In this document: in pieces, positions 24,901 to 33,930 of the stretch
How the letters are laid out: each line of letters opens with the position of its first letter
Numbering within the stretch: the stretch's first letter is position 1
Assembly: GCF_020745735.1 (NCBI RefSeq)
Contig: NC_083403.1
Span: 102,262,378 to 102,326,377, forward strand
Direction: 5' to 3'
DNA: 64,000 nt
DNA from: Hemiscyllium ocellatum
Lineage: Eukaryota
The notes under the pieces: model-generated
Databases searched by the model: none
Told to the model about the DNA's origin: nothing
The model's input: only the letters and a program-made list of their open reading frames with translations
Position numbers and translations under genes: made by a program

Positions 24901-26403
24901 GTCAAGCCAAAGACAGACACACTTTTCAACTTCATTCAAATCCTCAAATGTAAATTTCATAGGTGTTATATCCAAGTAAAAATGATAATTAGCTATCCTC
25001 TAGACATAGTTTGGAATTAAAAAAATGTTTTGAATACAACTGCTTCTGGAGATGATGGCATAGTGATGTCACTGAATGAATAATCTAGAGATCCAGACTA
25101 ATACTCTGGGGCCTGTGTTAAAACTCCACCTCAACAGTTGGTGGAATTTAAATTTGAGTAATAAATCTGGAATATGAAACTAGTGTTTAGTGATGGTGAC
25201 TATGATTGTCATTAAAAACTCATTTGGTTCACTACTGTCCTTGTAGACAAGCGAATTGACCATCCTTACCTGACGTGGTCCAGCTAACAGCAATGTGGTT
25301 GACTGCTGTCTGAAATGGCCTAGCAAGCCCCTCAACTTGAGGGCAATTAAAGATTGGCAACAAATTCTCACCTTGTCAGCGACGTTCATGTCTTATGATG
25401 GGATTAAACAATTAAACCTGACACTCATAACACCTCTCTGAGGATTCAAAGTTTATCAACAGTAAATAGAAATGTGAAATTTCACGCCTCTGTCCCAGTA
25501 AATCAACTTCTGTCCCTTTTTAAGAACAAAGACACAAGGCTTGTAATTGGGTAGAATTCAGACCAGGCCACAGAACCCTCTTCTTTCTTCCATTTTAACT
25601 GAAATAAAAGAGATAGTTCAAAATTTTTGACCATCTTGTAAACCTTGTATTGTTGCAGTCTGGAGTCAGATAATCCAAATCTGAATTCCAATTGCTTTTT
25701 AAATTTCAAAATTTTAGTCGTTGAGCTTGAATTCTCCAGCTACTGTGGTGAGATTTGAAAACATTTTTTTTCGAGAATTTACTCCAGGCATGATGGTCCA
25801 AGAGACTTCTTTCTGCATCATGGCAATTATGAGATTGATTCTGTGATCTCCTATACTACTGTACCAGTAACATACTGTATCTGATTCTGAGCAATCCAGA
25901 AGTTACATTGCTTGCTTCACTTTCTGAATTAGAAACTGCTCCTAGATTGAAAGTGTTTTTTTTTGTTGCTGGTGTGACAGTATATATAAATGTAACAATA
26001 CAGTGACTTTAAGACAAACCAAGCTCTTGGCTGCAATGGGGAGACCAAATTGTAGAGACACAGGACAATTGAATAGCAATTGTTGTTCTAAAAATTGTTC
26101 ATTGAACAGTAAATGTTCTGTAGAAAAAGTTTCAGTGTAATAATTGTTCTCATTATTTTCCTTTTCTGTATTTTCTTAGGTAGAAGAAATTTCTCAATTA
26201 GTGGCTCAGGTGCCAATGTCAACTTAAACCAATCAGTGACCTGTGCCTGGCTCACCATGGATGCTGCAAAAGGCAGAGTGGATATCAGCAACCTGCTGTC
26301 AGCTTATGTGCTTTCAGTGAATAGCTTAGATGTTGTGGGAGAACAGTTAGTATGTGGAACAGATGGAGAAGCTGTCTACATTACCCATGATCTGGTACTC
26401 TGA
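3348..26403 (+). CDS. NUP43: Nucleoporin Nup43 (WD40 repeat, Y-complex), 8 coding exons, 1110 nt = 369 aa + stop
   Basis: Exons 3348-3458, 9949-10071, 12380-12457, 12784-12946, 15711-15846, 16725-16876, 23219-23341, 26180-26403 all have AG/GT boundaries and compatible phases. The protein reads MEGRFVSHKISRVRW...FATGSWD...HQGDVMDLQFLDQERI...VGEDGRIN...TVNSIGQLKIWDFRQ...CVDRHPNQQHIVATGGQDG...WEVHFHPSNPDHVFTCSEDGSLWHW...SVNSLDV...LVCGTDGEAVY, recognisable as NUP43. Confidence 0.97.
4285..4549. mobile_element. Mini-PLE made only of two inverted terminal repeats, inserted in the RTE LINE
   Basis: Arms about 4289-4393 and 4410-4512 are reverse complements; hammerhead in each arm; 8-bp duplication CTTTCAGG at 4277-4284 and 4550-4557. 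Confidence 0.8.
4435..4474 (+). ncRNA. PLE-associated hammerhead motif (long helix II family), sense in NUP43 intron 1
   Basis: UCA-CUGAUGA-U-GUUACC-UAAUAU-GGUGAC-GAAA-UGUC/UGA. Confidence 0.7.
7321..9034. mobile_element. Penelope-like element with inverted arms (second family), inserted in a CR1-like fragment
   Basis: Minus arm about 7340-8205, plus arm about 8205-9025; decayed hammerheads at about 7405-7440 (-) and 8929-8960 (+); possible TGTGACC duplication 7314-7320 / 9035-9041. Confidence 0.8.
9949..10071 (+). CDS. NUP43: NUP43 exon 2
   Basis: acceptor ccatgcag|, QNKVCLWET...HQGDVMDLQ, donor |gtaacg; 123 nt. Confidence 0.95.
11515..11910 (+). mobile_element. Old SINE-like repeat (related copy at about 25045-25400)
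   Basis: Shared blocks aataaatctgga..aaac.ta.t.t.ag.gat and ccatccttacc..ctggcc in both copies. Confidence 0.5.
12380..12457 (+). CDS. NUP43: NUP43 exon 3
   Basis: acceptor cttttatag|, FLDQERIITASSTGSVILFRCHLNDQ, donor |gtaaag; 78 nt. Confidence 0.95.
12784..12946 (+). CDS. NUP43: NUP43 exon 4
   Basis: acceptor ccaccacag|, KLSILQEWERAHYH...VGEDGRIN...VRTI, donor G|gtgggt; 163 nt. Confidence 0.92.
14691..15212. mobile_element. Solo LTR-like element
   Basis: TGTTATG...CGTCACA termini; similar to the LTR-like block at 33931-34320 next to gag remnants; no clear TSD. Confidence 0.6.
15711..15846 (+). CDS. NUP43: NUP43 exon 5
   Basis: acceptor ctccttccag|, (D)NADSSSLNAVTFLRTTEVLTVNSIGQLKIWDFRQ, donor |gtaagt; 136 nt. 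Confidence 0.95.
16725..16876 (+). CDS. NUP43: NUP43 exon 6
   Basis: acceptor ttcccag|, TGDRVPLHCVDRHPNQQHIVATGGQDG...DAHSAE, donor |gtatgt; 152 nt. Confidence 0.95.
18222..19229 (+). mobile_element. 5'-truncated Penelope-like element (RT C-terminus, GIY-YIG, terminal repeat)
   Basis: KFTKEEENNNKLPFLDV...TSIYRKTTHTDQIL; NVIYKIPCKNCNKLYIGQTGRKL at about 18698; decayed hammerhead 19121-19155; same 3' end (ctgagctacaaatcttctcaaaac) as 4520-4546. Confidence 0.88.
19230..19690 (-). mobile_element. CR1-type LINE RT fragment
   Basis: ORF 19230-19571 (GRVPLVWEIANRTLLLKKG...ADVLQLNFQKMFGK). Confidence 0.65.
21869..21901. repeat. (TG)n microsatellite
   Basis: About 16 TG units. Confidence 0.95.
22451..22729. 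repeat. Long inverted repeat (about 130-bp arms, 15-nt spacer) from a Deu-SINE-like core
   Basis: 22538-22583 is the perfect reverse complement of 22599-22644; outer arms pair imperfectly. Confidence 0.9.
23219..23341 (+). CDS. NUP43: NUP43 exon 7
   Basis: acceptor ttaacag|, (M)WEVHFHPSNPDHVFTCSEDGSLWHW, donor G|gtatga; 123 nt. Confidence 0.95.
26180..26403 (+). CDS. NUP43: NUP43 exon 8 (last coding exon)
   Basis: acceptor ttttcttag|, ...AWLTMD...SVNSLDVVGEQLVCGTDGEAVYITHDLVL*. Confidence 0.93.
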
Positions 26404-26795
26404 TGGGCAAATCATACAACAAAACTTGACAAACTGCAAATGTAAATTCTTGTACATGTACTGTTATTTTTAAAACCAAATACTTGCCAACCTGAGTGTG
26501 GCACAAAGACAAGCGCAAATACATAGTGCTTTATTTTTTTTTAAATGTTATCATTAAAGTTGCATGGTTTATATTTGGTTGAAAGCATTGGTCTTTTACC
26601 GCAACTATCTAAAATTGGACTTACATCCACTTCTTTTAACAGCAAATTCATATCAAGGCATGATGGTTTTCTCTGATTAAGTTCTATAAAACTCATTTGC
26701 CCAAGGGCAAGCTTTTTAAGCCTCCATAATTCAAGTTGCAAGATGCGAACCCAGAAGCACAAAGCTCTTTCAGAACTAAACCAGTTGTTGATTTG

Positions 26796-26801
26796 AATAA
26801 A
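26796..26801 (+). terminator. Candidate NUP43 polyadenylation signal AATAAA (weaker ATTAAA at 26553-26558)
   Basis: First AATAAA downstream of the stop codon (about 390 nt). Confidence 0.6.
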
Positions 26802-27004
26802 TATTTCTCCCCACACTAAGCATCTGGTGGTCCCACACTGTCAATTTCCAATTAGGATTTATAGAAGTTGTTTTTCAACTTTGCCACAGATTTGGAATCT
26901 GATCTGATGAGAGTGTGTTGAAAATCTAGACCTACATTGAATCTAGCTGCAAATGTGTTGCTGGTCAAAGCACAGCAGGTTGGGCAGCATCTCAGGAATA
27001 GAGA

Positions 27005-27040
27005 ATTCGACGTTTCGAGCATAAGCCCTTCATCAGGAAT
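27005..27040 (-). ncRNA. Minimal type I hammerhead ribozyme motif, array copy 1
   Basis: Minus strand AUUC-CUGAUGA-A-GGGC-UUAU-GCUC-GAAA-CGUC/GAAU: intact core, 4-bp helices I and II, palindromic ACGU helix III. Confidence 0.85.
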
Positions 27041-27388
27041 AAGAGAGAGAGAGCCAAGCAGGCTGAGATAAAAGGTAGGGAGGAGGGACTAGGGGGAGGG
27101 GCGATGGAGGTGGGATAGGTGGAAGGAGGTAACGAGTCTGTTTGAGAACGTGGCTGAAGAGCTTCTGTGCAGAGGAGATGACCTGGGGGGTGCAGTGAGA
27201 GAGGGACTCACTGAAATCCTTGTAGAGGGAGGAAGAGAGCTTCTTCAAGGAAGGCATCCTTGTAAGAGGATTCGCAGTAGGTTAAAATCTTCGAGTAAAA
27301 AATGAGGTCTGCAGATGCTGGAGATCACAGCTGCAAATGTGTTGCTGGTCAAAGCACAGCAGGTTGGGCAGCATCTCAGGAATAGAGA

Positions 27389-27424
27389 ATTCGACGTTTC
27401 GAGCATAAGCCCTTCATCAGGAAT
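27389..27424 (-). ncRNA. Hammerhead motif, array copy 2
   Basis: Identical to copy 1. Confidence 0.85.
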
Positions 27425-27772
27425 AAGAGAGAGAGAGCCAAGCAGGCTGAGATAAAAGGTAGGGAGGAGGGACTAGGGGGAGGGGCGATGGAGGTGGGAT
27501 AGGTGGAAGGAGGTAACGAGTCTGTTTGAGAACGTGGCTGAAGAGCTTCTGTGCAGAGGAGATGACCTGGGGGGTGCAGTGAGAGAGGGACTCACTGAAA
27601 TCCTTGTAGAGGGAGGAAGAGAGCTTCTTCAAGGAAGGCATCCTTGTAAGAGGATTCGCAGTAGGTTAAAATCTTCGAGTAAAAAATGAGGTCTGCAGAT
27701 GCTGGAGATCACAGCTGCAAATGTGTTGCTGGTCAAAGCACAGCAGGTTGGGCAGCATCTCAGGAATAGAGA

Positions 27773-27808
27773 ATTCGACGTTTCGAGCATAAGCCCTTCA
27801 TCAGGAAT
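27773..27808 (-). ncRNA. Hammerhead motif, array copy 3
   Basis: Identical to copy 1. Confidence 0.85.
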
Positions 27809-28156
27809 AAGAGAGAGAGAGCCAAGCAGGCTGAGATAAAAGGTAGGGAGGAGGGACTAGGGGGAGGGGCGATGGAGGTGGGATAGGTGGAAGGAGGTAA
27901 CGAGTCTGTTTGAGAACGTGGCTGAAGAGCTTCTGTGCAGAGGAGATGACCTGGGGGGTGCAGTGAGAGAGGGACTCACTGAAATCCTTGTAGAGGGAGG
28001 AAGAGAGCTTCTTCAAGGAAGGCATCCTTGTAAGAGGATTCGCAGTAGGTTAAAATCTTCGAGTAAAAAATGAGGTCTGCAGATGCTGGAGATCACAGCT
28101 GCAAATGTGTTGCTGGTCAAAGCACAGCAGGTTGGGCAGCATCTCAGGAATAGAGA

Positions 28157-28192
28157 ATTCGACGTTTCGAGCATAAGCCCTTCATCAGGAAT
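28157..28192 (-). ncRNA. Hammerhead motif, array copy 4
   Basis: Identical to copy 1. Confidence 0.85.
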
Positions 28193-28540
28193 AAGAGAGA
28201 GAGAGCCAAGCAGGCTGAGATAAAAGGTAGGGAGGAGGGACTAGGGGGAGGGGCGATGGAGGTGGGATAGGTGGAAGGAGGTAACGAGTCTGTTTGAGAA
28301 CGTGGCTGAAGAGCTTCTGTGCAGAGGAGATGACCTGGGGGGTGCAGTGAGAGAGGGACTCACTGAAATCCTTGTAGAGGGAGGAAGAGAGCTTCTTCAA
28401 GGAAGGCATCCTTGTAAGAGGATTCGCAGTAGGTTAAAATCTTCGAGTAAAAAATGAGGTCTGCAGATGCTGGAGATCACAGCTGCAAATGTGTTGCTGG
28501 TCAAAGCACAGCAGGTTGGGCAGCATCTCAGGAATAGAGA

Positions 28541-28576
28541 ATTCGACGTTTCGAGCATAAGCCCTTCATCAGGAAT
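28541..28576 (-). ncRNA. Hammerhead motif, array copy 5
   Basis: Identical to copy 1. Confidence 0.85.
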
Positions 28577-28924
28577 AAGAGAGAGAGAGCCAAGCAGGCT
28601 GAGATAAAAGGTAGGGAGGAGGGACTAGGGGGAGGGGCGATGGAGGTGGGATAGGTGGAAGGAGGTAACGAGTCTGTTTGAGAACGTGGCTGAAGAGCTT
28701 CTGTGCAGAGGAGATGACCTGGGGGGTGCAGTGAGAGAGGGACTCACTGAAATCCTTGTAGAGGGAGGAAGAGAGCTTCTTCAAGGAAGGCATCCTTGTA
28801 AGAGGATTCGCAGTAGGTTAAAATCTTCGAGTAAAAAATGAGGTCTGCAGATGCTGGAGATCACAGCTGCAAATGTGTTGCTGGTCAAAGCACAGCAGGT
28901 TGGGCAGCATCTCAGGAATAGAGA

Positions 28925-28960
28925 ATTCGACATTTCGAGCATAAGCCCTTCATCAGGAAT
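28925..28960 (-). ncRNA. Hammerhead motif, array copy 6 (GAAAUGUC variant)
   Basis: G>A at 28932 changes ACGU to AUGU on the minus strand. Confidence 0.8.
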
Positions 28961-29308
28961 AAGAGAGAGAGAGCCAAGCAGGCTGAGATAAAAGGTAGGG
29001 AGGAGGGACTAGGGGGAGGGGCGATGGAGGTGGGATAGGTGGAAGGAGGTAACGAGTCTGTTTGAGAACGTGGCTGAAGAGCTTCTGTGCAGAGGAGATG
29101 ACCTGGGGGGTGCAGTGAGAGAGGGACTCACTGAAATCCTTGTAGAGGGAGGAAGAGAGCTTCTTCAAGGAAGGCATCCTTGTAAGAGGATTCGCAGTAG
29201 GTTAAAATCTTCGAGTAAAAAATGAGGTCTGCAGATGCTGGAGATCACAGCTGCAAATGTGTTGCTGGTCAAAGCACAGCAGGTTGGGCAGCATCTCAGG
29301 AATAGAGA

Positions 29309-29344
29309 ATTCGACGTTTCGAGCATAAGCCCTTCATCAGGAAT
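29309..29344 (-). ncRNA. Hammerhead motif, array copy 7
   Basis: Identical to copy 1. Confidence 0.85.
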
Positions 29345-31579
29345 AAGAGAGAGAGAGCCAAGCAGGCTGAGATAAAAGGTAGGGAGGAGGGACTAGGGGG
29401 AGGGGCGATGGAGGTGGGATAGTTGAATAATTCAACTGGTAGAAAATCACCCATACCAAGTCTTTAGGTTACAACATTCTCGCCTTTTGAGTCAACATCA
29501 TTGGTTTAAACCCCATTCTAGGAATTAAACACATTATTTACAACTGCTTCATTTATTATAGTGTCTTTAATATAATAAAACATTCCAAAAGCTCTTCCAT
29601 GAACAGTGCAATCTAACAAGTGTGTGACACTGAGCACAAGGAGGAGGCATCTGGACCAGTGACCAAAAAGGTATATTTTATGTCATATCTTAAGCGCATG
29701 AATGAGGTTTAAAAAGGGACCTTCCAAACTTGTGGGGAAGGATGTAGATAACTCAAGATGTAACCACTAATTGATAAGAGTCCAGAGTTGGAGGAACTCT
29801 TTTAAAAAGTTTTGAATATTGTAGTCTTGAAGGATGTCACAAAAATAGGGAGGAGTTTTAATTCAGAGGATAATAATTTTTAAATCAAGGCATTACTGAA
29901 CTGGGAGTGAGAATATGACAGTGGATGCATGTGATTTGGGTATGGGTTAGGATATAGACAAAAGAATCTTTGATAAATTCAGGGTGCAAGATGGCAAACC
30001 CATCAGGACAGCTTTGGAAAAGGCACTCAGAATTGTTCACATTGTCGGAAATGACTTTCTGGGAGCTAGCCATAGAGATGGCCATATTTGACGAAAAGTA
30101 TAGAGAGGTCTCTTGGTGTCCTGGGCTACATCAAAGACCGGTTATTTGTCAGTTGTTACTTAATGCTTATTGACTACCATGTTTGACTGTACAACAATGA
30201 CTGCTCTTCAAAAGCAAGTACTTTGCCATATTCATTTAAACTTATTTTTTGGCATAGTACTACAGCCAGTACTACACCGTGGTCATCCTCCAACCCCTTG
30301 CCCAAATGATATCTGATATGGCACATGGTAACTAATGTGTATCAACTGTGGAGATGCACATTTTGCTGGAGGGTTTGTTGCTGGGGCATTGTCATAAGTT
30401 TACTGATGAACATACAAAGGAAAGATGACCAGCTGGGTAATGGATCCTGTCATATGCCGTCATGGTATAACTGTGCATCACAATCCCTATTTCTGCCCAA
30501 CACTTCGCCAGACAATGTCCAGCAAGGAGCAGAAAATGACAAGGTTAAATAACTGTGCCATCTGTGCAGTCCCATGATATGTGTCATCAGTGACACCACC
30601 AGTTAGTTGTGATGTTTGTCTACTCCCTTACAGAAAAAGGGTGACATAAAATTTAAGTTTTAGAATGATTCAAAGCACCACAATATATTAATGGCTTTTG
30701 ACAATGGTAAAAGAAAAAATCAGAAAGAGGCGATTAATAAAACCCAAAGTGAAAGGAAAGGTACATGCAGAAAAATATAGCCGAAGGAATTATGCCATGT
30801 CACTAGGAAATCCACCATATAATTATTTCAGGAAGCATATCACTGTTCTCTACCATCAAACGTAGCCTTGTGCTGTCCTTTCACTTGCAAGGGAAAGTAT
30901 GTTTGATCAATGTCTCATACTAGACATGAAAAAAAATGTTGGTGGATTGGATGTGGAGGTTGGTAGGTTGAGTAGATGAAGATAAGAGGAAAAGTGAAAG
31001 CAGAAGTATGGAAAATTGTATGAATCTGATTAGGACCACTATTACAATGAGGAGAATACTTATTTGAGGAGAATGTTGGGTTGGAAGTTGAGGCACCTTT
31101 CCTGGAGTTGCAACAAATGTGAAGATTTTAAGAAAGTCACCAAAACTTCCAATATGCCTTTGACTAGTACCCAGGATAAAATCAAACCGCAGTAGGTTCC
31201 TACACTTACAATAGTGTTTTTTGTTGTAACAATCTCCACTTAACAAGAAAAGTAAAACAGGTTTTCTCCTTTATACAAGATCACTGTCAAACCCCTCACC
31301 ACCTAGTGAGCAGGTTTGATGGTAATGTTATTGTTGAACCTGTATGAATAAAATGCTGCATATTCAAAGGGAGACAGTCAGAGCAAGTGAAAGGAGTAGA
31401 GAAATTGAAATGGCCAATGTCACAAATTGAAAGATCTTGAGAAAGTAAGGGGGTGGCAGGAAAGGCCCAGCAAGGGCAAGTAATGGGATCTCCTGTACTG
31501 GGCAAGACCCATAACCAAAGCAATGGGCACAAGGTGAAATCAAGGGAATAGGAACTTCTGTGTCAGTGCAAGCATGAAA

Positions 31580-31882
31580 TTAGATTAGATTATTTACAGC
31601 GTGGAAACAGGCCCTTCAGCCCAACAAGTCCACACCAACCCTCCAAAGAGCAACCCACCCAGACCCATTCCAGACTACATTTACCGCTTCACCTAACACT
31701 ACAGGCAATTTAGCATAGCCAATACACCTAACCTGCACATTTTCGGACTGTGGGAACACCTGGAGGAAACCCATGTAGACAGAGGGAGAATGTGCAAATT
31801 CCACACAGACAGTTGCCTGAGGCGGGAATTGAACGCAGGTCTCTGGTGCTGTGAGGCAGCAGTGCTAACCACTATCCTGCCC
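31580..31882 (-). mobile_element. HE1-like tRNA-derived V-SINE, copy A
   Basis: B box, V-SINE core (gtgtggaatttgcacattctccc...), CR1-like 3' tail with (TCTAA)n. Confidence 0.85.
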
Positions 31883-31886
31883 ATAA

Positions 31887-32210
31887 ATTTTTTTTTTTTT
31901 TTAGATTAGACTTACAGTGTGGAAACAGGCCCTTCGGCCCAACAAGTCCACACCGACCCGCCGAAGCGCAACCCACCCATACCCCTACATTTACCCCTTA
32001 CCTAACACTACGGGCAATTTAGCTTAGCCAATTCACCTGGCCCGCACATCTTTGGACTGTGGGAGGAAACCGGAGCACCCGGAGGAAACCCACGCAGACA
32101 CGGGGAGAACGTGCAAACTCCACACAGTCAGTCGCCTGAGTCGGGAATTGAACCTGGGTCTACAGGCGCTGTGAGGCAGCAGTGCTAACCACTGTGCCAC
32201 CGTGCCGCCC
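31887..32210 (-). mobile_element. HE1-like V-SINE, copy B (young, CpG-rich, poly(A) tail)
   Basis: A box TGGCACAGTGG (32189-32199), B box GGTTCAATTCC (32144-32154), T-run 31887-31902. Confidence 0.9.
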
Positions 32211-32214
32211 ACAA

Positions 32215-33910
32215 TGCACCACAATGGTGCATGAGAATCTATACATAGTGCTCCAGGTGCAGCCTCACCAACACTGTATAGTTGCAACAAGACTTTCCTT
32301 TTTTTACACCAACACCCATGCAATAAAGGCTAATATTCTATTTGCCTTAGTGAGAACACAAGAAATGGCAATATGCTGTTCAGCCCTTCAAGCCTGCTCT
32401 GCTATTCAATAGGATTATTGCTGTTCCCACATCCTCACATCCACTTTCGTGTTTTCCCTGTAACCTTTGATTCCCACACTGCTTGAGAATTAAGTCTTAA
32501 ACATACACAATAAATCTGCTTCCACAGTTCTGTGGTGAAGATTCCAAAGACAAAGCACCTTTGGGAAGAAATTCCTCATCTCAGCCTCAATCTGCTGCCC
32601 CTTTATTCTGAGTCTCTGTCCTCAGATCCTAAACTCTCCCACGAGGGGAAACAACCTCTCAACTTTTATCATGTCGAGCCTCTTAAGAATCCTATGTTTC
32701 AATGGATCAAGTCTCATTCTTCTAAACTCCAGTAAGAGACCCAAGTTGTTTGGTCGTTGCTCACAGGATAATTCCTCCATACGAAGGATTTTCCTAGTGA
32801 ATCTTCTCTGAACTTCCTCCAATGAAATGATAAGTTTTCTTAAACCAGGTGACCAGAACTGCTTAAGCACTTCAGATGCATTCTCACCAGCACTTTGTAC
32901 AGTTTCAGTAAAACTTCCCTCATTTTATTCTCCAACTCCCTTGAAATAAGGGCCAAATTCTGTTAGCCTTCCTGGTTACCTGCTGCACCTGTGTGTTAGA
33001 TTTTTGTATTTTATGCACAAGTTCCTTTCTGTTGCAGCTTTCTTTAGTTTTTCTCCATTTAAATAATATTCTGTTCTTTTGTGCTCCCTTCCAAAATGAA
33101 AAACTTCGCTTTTTCCCACATTATACTCCATTTGCCAACTTTTTGCCCACTTACTTAAACTATCAATATCTCTCTGTATGCTGTTTGTATCCCTCTTGCA
33201 ACCTGCCTTTCCATCTATTTTTGTGTCATCTACAGTGACTTCAGTGCATTTACTTCTTTCCTCCAAGTCCTTAATATATATTGTAAACAGTTATGGTCCC
33301 AGTACTGATCTCTAGAACCCCACTGGTCACAGGTTGCCAACCTGAAAAAGAACCGCTTTTCCCGAGTCATTGTTTCCTGCCCATAAGTCAGTTCTCTGTC
33401 CACACCAATATACTATCTCCAAAACTGTGAGCTCTTATTTCATGACTTAACTTTTTGTGAGGTACTTTGTCAAATGCCTTCTGAAAGTCCAAATACAACA
33501 TATCCACAGGGGTTCCACTCTATCCACTCTAACTGAGACTTTCTCGAAAAACTCTAATACTTAGACATGATTTCCTTTTCATATAGTTATGCTTGATTAG
33601 ATTGTGATTTTCTGTTATTACTTCATTAATAATGGATTCCAACATTTTCAAAACAATAGATATTAGGCTAATTGGCCTATAGCTTTCCACTTTTTGCCTT
33701 CTTTTTTGTATAGGGATGCCACATTAGCAGTTTTCTAATCCACTGGTATTTCTCTAGAATCCAATGATTTTTGAAAATTACAAGTAATTCAATCTCTGTA
33801 AAACTACTTCTTTTAGGATGTAAGCCATCAGGGCTCAGGAACGTATCTGCCTCTAGCCCCATTAGTTTGTCTGATACTACTACTTTAACAAATGTTATAG
33901 GACTTAATCC
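32215..33910 (-). mobile_element. Decayed CR1-type LINE fragments
   Basis: ORF pieces DDTKIDG...IQRDIDSLSKWAKSWQMEYNVGKSEVFHFG and QFWSPGLRK...LEEVQRRFTR. Confidence 0.8.
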
Positions 33911-33930
33911 CTTCTCATATTCCTTGATAT

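Larger units (their letters stand above)
26945..29422 (-). mobile_element. Tandem array of a 384-bp hammerhead-bearing unit (about 6.45 copies); retrozyme-like non-autonomous Penelope derivative
   Basis: Exact 384-bp period (identical 74-aa ORFs at 27033, 27417, 27801, 28185, 28569, 28953); one substitution noticed (28932); seven hammerhead motifs; unit is similar to PLE terminal repeats at 45450-45620 and 46510-46690. Confidence 0.88.

Noticed and set aside
26945-29422. CRISPR array, or a six-copy protein-coding gene cluster
   Set aside because: Eukaryotic context, no unique spacers, and the unit is PLE-derived; the identical ORFs simply follow from the tandem repeat.
26945-29422. Endless rolling-circle ORF (384 is divisible by 3)
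   Set aside because: The ATG frame stops at the ribozyme UGA and the ORF track shows no long ORF across units on either strand.
32140-32210. tRNA gene
   Set aside because: The A and B boxes belong to the tRNA-derived head of a SINE, followed by the V-SINE core; no cloverleaf.
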